Assembly (NCBI RefSeq): GCF_000981445.1
Contig: NC_027217.1
Location: 1,054,001-1,118,000 of the forward strand
From: Babesia bigemina
Lineage: Eukaryota
DNA length: 64,000 nucleotides
Reading direction: 5' to 3'
This document shows, one piece after another, positions 1-10,981 of the stretch (within the stretch, counting starts at the first letter, position 1; each line of letters opens with the position of its first letter). The notes below the pieces were generated by a model, which worked only from the letters and a program-made list of their open reading frames with translations, was not told the origin of the DNA and did no database searches. The translations under genes and the position numbers were made by a program.

Positions 1-555
1 GAGCAGCATCACCCGTTTGCGCCCCCAGGTGTACATGGGCGCCATTCCGTTGACAATCTCACACTGCATGAGATCGTAGAAGCTGCTGTGGTTCAGTTCG
101 TTGAAGTTGAGGTGGCTGCGCTCCTGGTTGAGGTAGAACGTCGATTCATAGGGCATGCAGTAGAGTCCGTTTCGGCACAGCCCCGACGAGCCGTGGAACG
201 CCGCGACCCGAGCAGACACGCTGGAATTCCCGACATGTGCGATGGCGGCGAGGTCGCGATGTGCTGATTGGGCGTCGTTGTCACCTCTGGGATCGTCGTA
301 CGTCACGCTCACTGTCAGAGGGTCCGGCTCGAGCACATAACGAAGGAACCAGTCCCGGACGCGTTCTGGGTCATTTGTGCCACCACTGCGCGATACATCT
401 TCGAGCAAGACGTGTCTGTAGAAGCTGCTGGCCGACGAGAGCGCCCAGGTCGGCATCTTCCACACGACAGCGCCGTGCCGAGATTCCTCAAGAGAGTTGT
501 CGGTCACATGTCTCGATGTGTTTTCTTGTGCCGCAGCAAATGAGTAATAATTACA
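1..555 (-). CDS. Hypothetical protein, 5' part; runs off the left edge of the window
   Basis: Stop-free minus-strand frame from 555 to 1 (first ATG at 456, MPTWALSSASSFYRHVLL...LNQERSHLNFNELNHSSFYDLMQCEIVNGMAPMYTWGRKRVMLL). It is missing from the ORF track because no stop lies in the window. No family recognised. Confidence 0.55.
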
Positions 556-721
556 TCATTATACAATGTGTGTGGCTAATTACGCGTTTTGCGCTCAACA
601 AATGTTCGATGGGCGTGGGCCACGCCCTGTGAGATCCTCGGTCTTTTCCAGACCGGTGTGTTGCGATCGACAATACAGCTACGTTGCAGGCGGTGTGCGA
701 CGCAGCGTGCTTACAACGTGA

Positions 722-1477
722 CTACGCCATGGTCTCCGGAACCTCGAAGTCGGAGAGGCAGTCCCCCTCGTTGCATGAGGATACGGTCTCCTGATAGCAC
801 GGCGTGGTGAATGACTGTTCGTCCTGCATCCGCTGAACTGAGTCGCACTTGCCGGTGGTGACGCAGCACAGAAACAGCACCAGCTGCTGGCGCTTGTCGA
901 GCAGGAAGTAGTTGAAGCTCTGCAAGCAGCTACCCTCGTTGAAAGGCCCGTCCTCGCCGCAGTAATCGTACGTGTATATATCTACCTCCTTGAGCGGCAC
1001 GATGTCCTGCGCGGTATTTGAAGCGTCGGCGTCGTGGTGGCATGCAGTGCGCCACTTTGGCGCAGCCCACGTACCTTTATAACGTCCCAGAAATCCTTCG
1101 CGAAACCCGGCACGAAGCGCTCCACTATGAACGACAGGTTGTAGTCGATGTTGTTGATGACCGCCGGTAGGTTCTTCAACTGCTTGAAGTGCTTTGTGCC
1201 CAGGTGGCTGCGAAGGTTTGAGAGCGGAAGGCAGCGAACGTACCTGAAGCTGTAGTCGGGGAAGCAGTGGTTCATGATGTACGAGAAGTGTTCGGCGTGC
1301 GGATGCTGCCGCCCGGCTGCTTCCGACTTCCTGCAAGCGTTAAATTGCCGTCACACACACCCACTTTGCAGGGAACGCCAGGAGCTCCAGCTTTACATCA
1401 AACACTCGATCGGACGCGTCGAAGCGGTCCAGCAACGCGGTGAGCCTGCTGAGATCGCTGTTTTCGACAAGCGTCAT
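722..1477 (-). CDS. MAF1: MAF1, repressor of RNA polymerase III transcription (spliced, about 4 exons)
   Basis: Spliced product MTLVENSDLSRLTALL...MNHCFPDYSFS (cf. Maf1 LNASFPDYDFS)...FWDVIK|DIVPLKEVDIYTY...GPF...SFNYFLLDKRQQLVLF (cf. Maf1 box C WSFNYFFYNKKLKRIVF). Short GT-AG introns join the ORF-track fragments. Confidence 0.85.
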
Positions 1478-1905
1478 CGCGCGCTATTATACAGGCCGGC
1501 TGTGAAGCGGTTTTAGGTCAACGGCGTAACGTAACACCGGGTTGTAGAAGTTGCTGCACTAAAGACGGCTTTAGCTGCCTAAAAAGAACACGTTTTTCAC
1601 ATTAAAGCGCAACTTCGTGGCGTTCATCTTGAATTCGCTAGCGTGGAGACAATTGTGAGACTGGCATGGAGCGCATAATGTGTGTCCATGAAGGGCGCCA
1701 CGCACATTCGGGCGACCTCCCCGCATCAATCTATCAACCCGAAGGAATGTCTTCGGTACTCAGGACACTGTAGGAAGGTCTAAAACTCGACAACATCCCT
1801 GCCAGGGTGGCGACGCGCGTGCGCGCCGGGATGGCTACTTTATCGGCGTGGACACTCTGCGGTCTGCCGACAATCGATACCGCCGTGTAGATAGCCGCCT
1901 ATAAC

Positions 1906-2797
1906 ATGTTAGTCTTACCGTTGGCTTTGCGTCGCCGCGGGCTTCCGCTGTCTAGGCGATGGTTTACAAAACTGTCTGATTCGTCCGAACTCCGTCACGG
2001 CGCTGCGGAGGAAGGCCTGGCGTCTCCTAGGGACGCCGTAGCCGAGGTGACTCTGAGCCCGCTCCACACGCAGCGTGTAGGTATGTTCGTGGAGCCGGGA
2101 GTCCTTTTCAAGGAACACCACCGAAGGCGCTTCCTGACCTTCAGGCTCTACTTCTTTTCCATCGTATCGCTAACTGTCATCCTGGGGATGATCAAGATAG
2201 TCCCCCCGGGCTACGTCGGGCTCATTGTGAGGCGCGATGGCAGCATCGACCAGTTCAACAACGAGGGGCGTATAGCGCTGTTCTACGTGCCATTCCTGGA
2301 AACCCCCGTCGCACTCCGCACCACGCCGATACGGAAGAAGATCATTGAAAGGTTCACCACCAAGGACGGCAAACAGGTTGAGGTGCGTTGTTAGAAGCTA
2401 CGTACGGCTAGGTTAACGTGCATGCAGGCCGTGATTTTCCTCGACTTGCAAGCGAAGCTGGCTTACGCGAGCCACGTATACGCAGTCTTCGGCGTGAACT
2501 TTTCCAAGGGCTTCGTGGAGAAGGAGCTTCTCTTCGACATCGAGCAGGTGGTGAAGAAATTCAACCGGGAGGAGCTGCTGGTGCAGTCCGACGAGGTGGA
2601 GCGCCTGTTTGCCAGCAATGGGCAACGCGTCGCCACCCTCAAAAGCCACGGCGCTACTGAGGAGATTGTGGAGCGCTTCCAGGATGCTGGTGCATTCCAC
2701 AAGATTCTCGTTAACAACATCGTAAGTCGGTCTCTTTTCGCGTCAAATGGTGCAGAACGTGAGCTTCCGTGACCCCAGTCTGGTGCCAGAGCTCTGA
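1906..2797 (+). CDS. SPFH/Band-7 (prohibitin-like) membrane protein, 3 exons
   Basis: Basic presequence-like N-terminus, a TM segment (LYFFSIVSLTVILGMI), then KIVPPGYVGLIVRRDG...FYVPFLETP...TTKDGKQVEAVI, typical of SPFH. Introns at ~2383-2427 and 2722-2755; stop TGA at 2795-2797. Confidence 0.8.
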
Positions 2798-2798
2798 G

Positions 2799-3228
2799 TC
2801 ACTCGGTTTTGCGCACCTCCAACATCACGGGGCCTGCAAATCAGTCAGACATAACCGAATAAATCGCATGTCGTCACGTTGTGATACGAAACCATAAGTA
2901 GAAAGTAGTCGCTGTCCGTTGGCATGCACTGCGAAACCTACCCACTTTAATCCCCTGGGATTGCAGGTGTTGGTGTGAGTTGTCGCATATCGGGAACTTA
3001 GCTGCGAAAGCATAGATTCGCGACGGTGGCAACCTACCTGAGCGCCAGCAGCGGCAGACCGAGATCCTCGTGTTTGGCCCTGACGGCGGCGTCAAAACCT
3101 TGACGTGTTCCATGGGATAACCTGCGAATCTTCAGGTGGACAACGCTCTGCTCACCCCATAGGTTCAGCTTGTCGCCATGCTTGCGAGGCACCCGCAAGG
3201 CGTGCGCTACTGACACTGTTTGGCCCAT
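2799..3228 (-). CDS. Small CDGSH-type [2Fe-2S] (NEET family) protein, 4 exons, ~83 aa
   Basis: Spliced product MGQTVSVAHALRVPRKHGDKLNLWGYPMEHVKVLTPPSGPNTRISVCRCWRSAKFPICDNSHQHLQSQGIKVGPVMLEVRKTE*. It has the C-x-C-x2-S-x3-P-x-C-D-x-S-H signature followed by the VGP motif. Three GT-AG introns (first at 3122-3155). Confidence 0.85.
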
Positions 3229-4386
3229 GTGCAGCGGAAGCAAGGAGGCGACGGAAACGATACGGTTATGTGCGTCGCGTTTCCAGCCTAAATCACACAG
3301 TGGTGGTATTAATGTTTATTACGTGCGTCTGTAGTGGCTGGTGTGTACGGTGACGTCCGACATTACACGCCTCCTCACCTGACTCCAGGTCAAGGCGGCG
3401 GCGACGTTTCACTTTTGCTACAACAGGGCCAACCAGGGGCTATAACATGACAACTTTGCCTGCTCCACGTGAATCGCTTCGAATTTTTGAAAGCAACGGT
3501 GCCAGTTCAGGCACACCGAAACGAACGCATGGATGTGTATCTGCATTGCTGCGTCGGAATAAGTTCAGAAGCACGGATGGGAATTTTACCATAATAACAC
3601 CAAAGCACATCACTAGCTGACGCACTAAAGTTGCCTCAATCATTACGCAGTTCTCCTGAGATCATCACCTGCCATGCTTTTTCCACGCCGTGACGACATC
3701 ACCATGACGAGGCTCACGGCGGCAATAACAGAATTTCTAGCAACCTTCATTGGCATGACCGCACGCGTCTGTATAATGCCGTATGATACGTTTGCGCATC
3801 AGCAGGTGTTTCGATTTGGGCTGCAAAAAACATGCGAGGTTACCTCGCGACATACACTTTGGTAAGAATTCACGTGTTATTTAAACACACCGCGATTATA
3901 ACCTGACTACATGTAATTCTTCACTGCTGTGTTTCACATATTGGTCCAGAAGCAGAGATGTGTTACCGTTTGGTCACCGCCATTGCCTGCGTCGGTCGCA
4001 ACACATAGCGCGGTGAATCAGTTCCATGCAGCACACTTCTCAACAGCATTCGGTTGCACTCTGACGGAGTCGCATTACAGCTTAATTTTCGTGTTTTGAA
4101 CTCGAACAATCGCGCTTGCCTTGGTCAATCGGGTGGGGATGATAATGCAACGGTGTTGCTGCCACGTAGAGCAACAGGCTGCATCCAGGACCGCTGTTTC
4201 CTTTTCGCCATTTTACCTAAAATCGCTGCACCGCTGTGTGGAAGTTTTTCTTTCACGCGGACCCAAAGCCGTCGGCAGAGGTGTATTTTGCCCATAAAGG
4301 CAGGACGGTTGCGTCTGCCGATGTAGTCATATACACGCATCGCTGTTTGCCCATTCTAGGAAACACGTCTGCTAGAATTTGTCACG

Positions 4387-5532
4387 ATGGATTTCATGAA
4401 GATGTTCAAAAAGAGCTCCGATACTTCGGCGGATGCATCGTTCGAGGAGTACGCGAATCCAATCGACCTGCAATCTTTGGGTCTGGTTGAGGGTCTCGGA
4501 CCTTCTTTGACGCCTGACTTTGACCGCGTTGGACTGACCATGCGCCAATTCGTGGAGAAGTGGAAGACGCTGTATCCACTAACCGAGAGCGTCGACTCGG
4601 TGTTAGAGAAGCTGGCGGAGTTAAAGCAGCTCGTGTGGAGCTTGCCCGAGTGCATTGGTGATGGAGGTGACATAGCGCAGGGGCGCAAGTGGTACAAGCT
4701 GTGGAATGTGGACCCGGTCAACGACGTCAAGATTTCCGAGCTCTACTGGTGCAACGATATCCTGCTCTTCCGCTACCTCCGCAGTTTCAAATTCAAGGTG
4801 CAGCAGGCGTTCACTATGCTGAGAAAGACGCTTGCGTGGAGGCGTTTCAAGAAAATTGACTACATCAACACGGACGATGTGGCTCTCTCTAACACCGGCG
4901 GTATGGTGTACAGGAAGGGTTACGATAAGAGCGGTAAGCCCGTCGTGTACTACAGGCCGTGCAATGAGGTTGACTTCGACCGTGAGAGACAGGTTCTGCT
5001 TCTGTTCTTCATGTTGGAGCTGGCCATGTATTCGTGCCTGCTCGCCGAGGGCAACGACAAGGTGGTCCTCATCGTCGACCTCGCCAAGTGGTCCATCAGC
5101 AAAATGCCCAGCCTGGAACTGGTCATCGACACTGTGCGTGCGTCGTCCGACCACTACCCTGGTGTCGTCCACGACATCATCATCATCGACCCGCCGATGC
5201 TCATGGACCCGCTCATGCAAATGATCAAGGCGGTCGTGGACCAGCAGACGGCCAAGAAGATCGTGATGAAGCACAGGGGAGCAAAGCTTGAGGCTTACCT
5301 GAAAAACAAGATCGACGTGAGCCAGGTTGAGGAGTCCATGGGCGGGGCCAACAGGACGCACTACGACCACGATCTATACTGGCCTGGCGAAACTAAGGCT
5401 GCCATCGAGATTCACGAGCGCAGGAACGAATGGATTAAGGCGAACGAGAAGCAATGGTTGGAGTCTAAGAAGAATCAACCTGCCGACACTCCGCTTCAAA
5501 CTGCCGATCCATCTGAGAACGCCACCGAATAA
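4387..5532 (+). CDS. Sec14/CRAL-TRIO lipid-binding domain protein
   Basis: 381-aa single-exon ORF with NDILLFRYLRSFKFKVQQAFTMLRKTLAWR (CRAL-TRIO_N), GYDKSGKPVVY, LIVDL, DHYPG and EESMGG motifs. Confidence 0.9.
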   Translation: MDFMKMFKKSSDTSADASFEEYANPIDLQSLGLVEGLGPSLTPDFDRVGLTMRQFVEKWKTLYPLTESVDSVLEKLAELKQLVWSLPECIGDGGDIAQGRKWYKLWNVDPVNDVKISELYWCNDILLFRYLRSFKFKVQQAFTMLRKTLAWRRFKKIDYINTDDVALSNTGGMVYRKGYDKSGKPVVYYRPCNEVDFDRERQVLLLFFMLELAMYSCLLAEGNDKVVLIVDLAKWSISKMPSLELVIDTVRASSDHYPGVVHDIIIIDPPMLMDPLMQMIKAVVDQQTAKKIVMKHRGAKLEAYLKNKIDVSQVEESMGGANRTHYDHDLYWPGETKAAIEIHERRNEWIKANEKQWLESKKNQPADTPLQTADPSENATE

Positions 5533-6300
5533 AGCGCCACCGACGTGGTGACGCGAATCTGGACCCTAGTCGCAATGCGATATACTCCCGCCATGATACT
5601 GTAGACGGCTTACCACCCATCGCTGGGTAAGGTATTGGCCATGTGCATTAAGTCTCCGCTAACAGCATATCAATGCTTATCGTAGTTTCACGTTACTTTA
5701 AACTTTCTGGATTGTATAGGAATTGTGATCTCTTGCACTAGTAAGACTTTCTAAGCAGCGACTAGACGTTTTGCGGTGGCGTGGCGGATCACTGTTCCTG
5801 TGAATATTGCCCACGCAGCAGCTCTATGTATACCTGCGTCGTGCTATGCGCATACCAACAGATGGATCGGGAGCATGTGACTTATTCGTCGGGGCTTCAG
5901 TGGCGTAGAAGTCTACCGCGATGCTTTGAGACTACCATGTGTGCCTACACCAAGTTCATACAACTGAGGGCGCAATACGATGGACTTCCATGTTCTGCAT
6001 ATCTATTTTCCATGGACAGCTGCTTAATGCTCGATCAGTTGAGTTCTACCGTAGCACACCCTTCCGCTGCACGGACGCTCGACGGATATACTTGCGAGGA
6101 TTATAGGCGTGTTTTAACAGATATTATTTTAATCAAGCGGGCCATAAAATGTTGTTTGGTTGGACGGTAGGATTGTCTTTGACAGATTCGCGACACAACA
6201 TCTAGGGGTGCAGACCGACGGGCATTCCATTCCGATTTCCGCGCACCCACCAGGCGGTAACGGACCTTCCCGTCGTAAACTTCTATTAACCGCAAAAAGT

Positions 6301-8850
6301 ATGTGGAAGAGCGTCATTCGCTTTGATAACCGAGCTGCTAATTTCCAGGGGAGGCGACCCGTTCTGCTGCTCCATGGACACTGCGGTTCCGTGTCTCCAT
6401 CCATAACGTGCGTAGTCAGCCGTTCGTTTAGCAGGGACGCACATGTTCGGTCTGGTGTACCGTCGGGATCGGATTCTGTGAATAGCTGCGGTCCCAATGA
6501 TGGAGAGAAGATCAGCGAAGCAGCTGAGACTCGGTGTCCTGTTACACAGGACCGGAAGGACGCCGCGAATGTGGAGCATGGTCAACTCAAACGTACTACA
6601 TGGTCAGTGTCAAGCTGCGGAGTGATTCAATTTCCTCGATTGTCTCCTGAGGCAACACATACAGGACGCCTACTAGATGGTGCAACTGATATTGGTAAGG
6701 AGGGATTCGAGAAGTCGGTCTTTGCGATCCACCCCCGATTAGTTCATCCAGTAGGCACGTATGCGTGCTGCGATGGCAGCGGTGTACTGGATCGGGGGGA
6801 TGTCTCCTCCGGTGAACAGCGGGCTCGCCCCCGCAGCGGCGCTACCCCAATCGTGAACCATTTTGGTTCTTTGCAGGGATTTCCAATATCATTCGGGATG
6901 GATTGTAACGGTTGCATGTCCGGGTTCTTTCCATCGCGGCGATCCTTTGCATTCTGGAATCGCAGCGGCAACAAGGATAAGGACACCCCAGGGACTCCGG
7001 CATCGAGAGGTTCAGCTGTGACCAGCTGGACAAAGGGGCGGTCTTTAACGCGTGGGTTGATGAGTTTGTCGTACCATCTTGTGCGCTGGGCAGTAGTGCT
7101 GCCATTTCGTTTGGGGAAATGGACGATCCATCTGGTGTCGCTCACCTTCAAGGCCGTTGGCCATTTGATGAGTTTGTGTGCTCGTGCTGCAGTTGTGGCC
7201 CGTGTCGGCGGCGTGTCCGGTATATTTAAGAGCATCATGGGCGGTATAAAGCACACTGTGCATTGGTGCAAAACCGGCTTCCGTCTGTACTTTGCTAATG
7301 TAAAGGTTTCGTACTACATCCTGCTCAAGAGACTCAAAGGGCACCCTATGCGCTACAACGAGCGTAAACTGCTGATGAACACGCTGAATGATGCTTTGAA
7401 GCTCGTTCCTTTCTCCTTCTTCCTCATAGTGCCATTTGCGGAGCTCCTGTTGCCCGTGGCAATCAGGTTGTTCCCGCAAATGCTCCCCTCCACGTTCAGG
7501 ACCGACAACTCGAAGAGTGATGACTATCTGCAGAAGAAGCTTCTGGCTAAGAAGGAGCTTGCGCAGTTTTTCCAGGAGCTGGTGCAGGAACGCACAAACC
7601 AGCTCCTGCAGGACGAGCTTGACTCCTCCCTCAAGACGAAAATGGAGGCCCTCAAGGATTTCCAAGAACGCATCCTCAACAAGAAGGACCGTGACATCAA
7701 TCCATTTTTGAGTTCCAATGAGCTTCTGGTCTTCGCGAAGATTTTCAAAAAGGAGTTCAAGTTGGACCAGATGAACTTGGAAACGTTGAAGGTGATGTGC
7801 AAATTGCTCGGCATCACCCCCTTCAGCGTGCGCTCCCACGTGGTGTTACAACTCCGTCATCACCTGCTCAAAATTCAGCGTGAGGACAGGTTGATCATGT
7901 GGGAAGGCGTGGAGAGTCTCTCCACCGAGGAGCTGCAAGAGGCGTGTCGCGATCGCGCCATGAAGTTTTACAACATATCCAGGGAGCAGTTGCAGCAGCA
8001 GCTGAAACAGTGGCTTGATCTCTCCAGCATGCGCCAGATTTCGCCCATACTGCTGCTGTGGAGCCGCTGCATCACGATGACCCACGAGCCCATGGCTATC
8101 AAGGCAGACGACGAAGGAACTGCCGAAGATAAGCTCGCGATTCCCGAGACAGCAGCCGTTGAGGTGGCTGATTCCAGCGATTCGGCGGTGGAAGCCACGA
8201 AGCCGACGAAGGTGGGCGAGAAGTTTGCTGAGGAGGTGACTACCGCCCAAAAAGCATCCTCTACGCGCATCATGAAGGCCGTCACCGCTGCTGCCGAGGT
8301 GGACGCGCAAAAGCTCGTCAGCAAGGAGGAGCGGTTGGAGGAACTTTCGCTCAAGGCCAAAGAGCTGAAAGATATCATTGATGGTAACGTGAAGCCATGT
8401 GAAGGCGAGGAGCTGGTAGACGGGGCCACGTCGCTGGACGATCCCACGCCAGGAGAGTTGCTGGAAGTGCACAGTTCTGAAGATATGTTAATGCATTTAC
8501 ACGAGGATCACGTGATTCGGCATGCTGAGGAAATCAAGCATTTGAACGCGCTCGGCAAGAAAGAGATCCTAGTTCGACACGAGGAGCTGCTTTCCGCACT
8601 CCACATCCAGAGGCAGATCACCGACCTCCAGCACAACCAGCTGGCTGAGATGTATATGTTCCTGCTGAAGGTATCAGAGGATTTGAATGCAGGTGTCGAG
8701 TGTAACATCAAGGACGCTGTCAACGACCTGGTCGTAGCGGCTCGGCAAGAGTTGGAAAAGATCGAGGAGTTGACGTGCCAGTTCGACAAGCACAACTTGA
8801 CGTACGAACCACAAGCGTCCACTCCCACCCCAGTGTCATCGACGACATGA
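6301..8850 (+). CDS. LETM1: LETM1/Mdm38-like mitochondrial inner-membrane protein
   Basis: HWCKTGFRLY...ERKLL...DALKLVPFSFFLIVPFAELLLPVAIRLFPQMLPSTF (LETM1 TM motif) and EDRLIMWEGVESLSTEELQEACRDRAM...WLDLS. First ATG at 6301 is taken as the start; the ORF track begins at a non-ATG codon. Confidence 0.92.
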   Translation: MWKSVIRFDNRAANFQGRRPVLLLHGHCGSVSPSITCVVSRSFSRDAHVRSGVPSGSDSVNSCGPNDGEKISEAAETRCPVTQDRKDAANVEHGQLKRTTWSVSSCGVIQFPRLSPEATHTGRLLDGATDIGKEGFEKSVFAIHPRLVHPVGTYACCDGSGVLDRGDVSSGEQRARPRSGATPIVNHFGSLQGFPISFGMDCNGCMSGFFPSRRSFAFWNRSGNKDKDTPGTPASRGSAVTSWTKGRSLTRGLMSLSYHLVRWAVVLPFRLGKWTIHLVSLTFKAVGHLMSLCARAAVVARVGGVSGIFKSIMGGIKHTVHWCKTGFRLYFANVKVSYYILLKRLKGHPMRYNERKLLMNTLNDALKLVPFSFFLIVPFAELLLPVAIRLFPQMLPSTFRTDNSKSDDYLQKKLLAKKELAQFFQELVQERTNQLLQDELDSSLKTKMEALKDFQERILNKKDRDINPFLSSNELLVFAKIFKKEFKLDQMNLETLKVMCKLLGITPFSVRSHVVLQLRHHLLKIQREDRLIMWEGVESLSTEELQEACRDRAMKFYNISREQLQQQLKQWLDLSSMRQISPILLLWSRCITMTHEPMAIKADDEGTAEDKLAIPETAAVEVADSSDSAVEATKPTKVGEKFAEEVTTAQKASSTRIMKAVTAAAEVDAQKLVSKEERLEELSLKAKELKDIIDGNVKPCEGEELVDGATSLDDPTPGELLEVHSSEDMLMHLHEDHVIRHAEEIKHLNALGKKEILVRHEELLSALHIQRQITDLQHNQLAEMYMFLLKVSEDLNAGVECNIKDAVNDLVVAARQELEKIEELTCQFDKHNLTYEPQASTPTPVSSTT

Positions 8851-9064
8851 GCAATAACCGTGTTATGTTTAATGTGGTTGCATTTGTTTACTTTGTTTTT
8901 GTTGATTCAACGAAACAGCGCTAGAGCACCAGCTTCGTTGAGTTGCTCGGATATGTGTTTAAAAACGTGCATATGCTGGTGTCGGCAGAAATTGCAGACG
9001 ACGGGATGGAAAGCGTTCCACAGCATTCCGCTTACTGCGGAGGGCGCCTTTTGCTTCGGCGCGA

Positions 9065-10365
9065 TCACGATTCGACGCCGGCAATTGAGCAGTATGACAC
9101 GGAGCAATCATGAATCCCCTCGCATTTATTCGACTGCATGGCGATGCACGGTGCTGTGGCATGATTTACCTGGGTGTATGATATCATTTCGGAGCGTATG
9201 CTCATCCCGGATAGTTTGATTAACATCAGCAGAACTTTTATCGCGTTGCAGCCGCATATAGTGTTGCCCGTTTCCTCAAGGTACTCTCTGAAACCTGCTC
9301 ATGGTGATGGGAAAGGGCATGCTCATGTCATACCGTCCAGGTCGTGCTTGATAATGTAATCCACAGCGTCCATATCCAGTTTTTTTATAGCCTGCCACAA
9401 AGGAATAGATTCGTTTTCATAGCCTGTATGGGTGAAGTCGAATCTGAGAACATATCTGAGTGATGCCGCTAAAGCTGTGGCATACCTGTTTCCAAAGTGG
9501 CAAAAATCGGAAGAGATGACAAACATTGTATCCTGCCACAAGTTTCGTCAATTGCCGTCATCTGCGTAGTACCTTGTTTTGGAAGTAAGGAAGCAACGCG
9601 TTGCCTGCTCAATGAATGCGGCGTGGGAGGCTGCAACGTACCAGTCTTTTCCAAACGTTTGGCGTCCATCGATCCCACCATTATAGGGACAAACTTGACA
9701 TGATCCGCGCATGCCCTGAACGGTATTCGATAATGGTAGATGCTCACTTGCCTATTTAATATTTGTCGTAATATGGGTAGCTGCATTTCGATACTGTGCT
9801 CCCTCTCCGCAGCCACCCTGCTGATTTCCACAAACCCATCCTCGTTGAGCAGCTTTTCCGTTATATCGGTATCCACCTGGAGCACCCCAATGGGCGTCTG
9901 AAGCGAGCTGAAGGTGTCAACGCCACATCCTCGAAGGGATGCGTAATGCGATGGGCCCAAAATGAAGATGGTGGCACTGCTCATAAATGTTCACTCAAGC
10001 GGTTGCATGCCTACATCTTCGCCACATCTATCCTGCGATACGCCGTGGCTGCTGTTTTCAGGGAGTATGTGTAACCGGCGTGTCTACGAAACTATTTAAA
10101 AGGTTGCTGATACACCTACGGTGAGATTATATACTTCGGTGGTGGTAGTGGGACCTCTTCATCCGTGAATAAAGCCTCCTCAATTTCATTTTGAAGTGAA
10201 TCGGCTGCTCATTGTGGTTAAACGTTTCCAACCGCAGTCGTAGTCGCACATCAGCGATGTGCGACCACGATGTGTAAGCGCTTCACGAAGAGCGATTAAC
10301 TCACCATCATCGTCGTACCAGCTACCTGCGTGTGTATGCCTCCTCATTGTGACGTTCACTGGCAT
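9065..10365 (-). CDS. MEMO1: MEMO1 family protein (multi-exon)
   Basis: Exons give MRRHTHAGSWY, HAGYTYS, IFILGPSH, EHSIEMQLP, FVISSDFCHFG, TGNTICG and SVSYCS, all MEMO1 hallmark motifs. Start at ATG 10365 or 10347; stop at 9065-9067. Confidence 0.88.
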
Positions 10366-10981
10366 TATTCTAGTTAGTCCAGACGTGGAATCTACTGTCT
10401 GTATGTGTACACCATATCACGATGCGACCGCACATCAACAGCGCTTGGCACCGTTATAAGGTTTCTTCTCCGATTAATGGGTCCATAAAAGTAATGATAG
10501 GTAACTGTTGACACAATTTTTACTTGCAAGAAGATCATTGTCGCTGCGAATCACAAACGAAAACAAACATAACACTCAACTATATTAAAAAAACTACGGC
10601 AAATTAACCCTATTTGAGAACACTCCGACACGTTACGGACACACAATCATCGCAATGATACATGCAATTGACACTTATATTTCGTAGCATGTTTCGTGGT
10701 AACCATATTTCTGTTAGCATATACTCTGGCTCTGAGCTTGCCTTGGCTAATAGGCAAGAGTAACACCAAAACAGTATGAAAAAAGATTGACGGTTGTAAA
10801 ATTAAGAACTGCTTCTAGAATATGTAGAACATATCCCTTAAACCTCACCAACATAATGTTTTTCCTTGTGCCAATGGATTGCGGTGTAAGTATTGCTAAA
10901 ATTGAAATATGGTGGTGAATTATCGATCGCTATAAAAACATTCACAATGTCTAAAAGTGACGTTGAAAGTTACCGTGCTAC

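Noticed and set aside
5781..6300. Non-ATG upstream ORF and N-terminal extension of LETM1
   Set aside because: These rely on bacterial-style GTG/TTG starts in the ORF track; the eukaryotic ATG at 6301 is sufficient.
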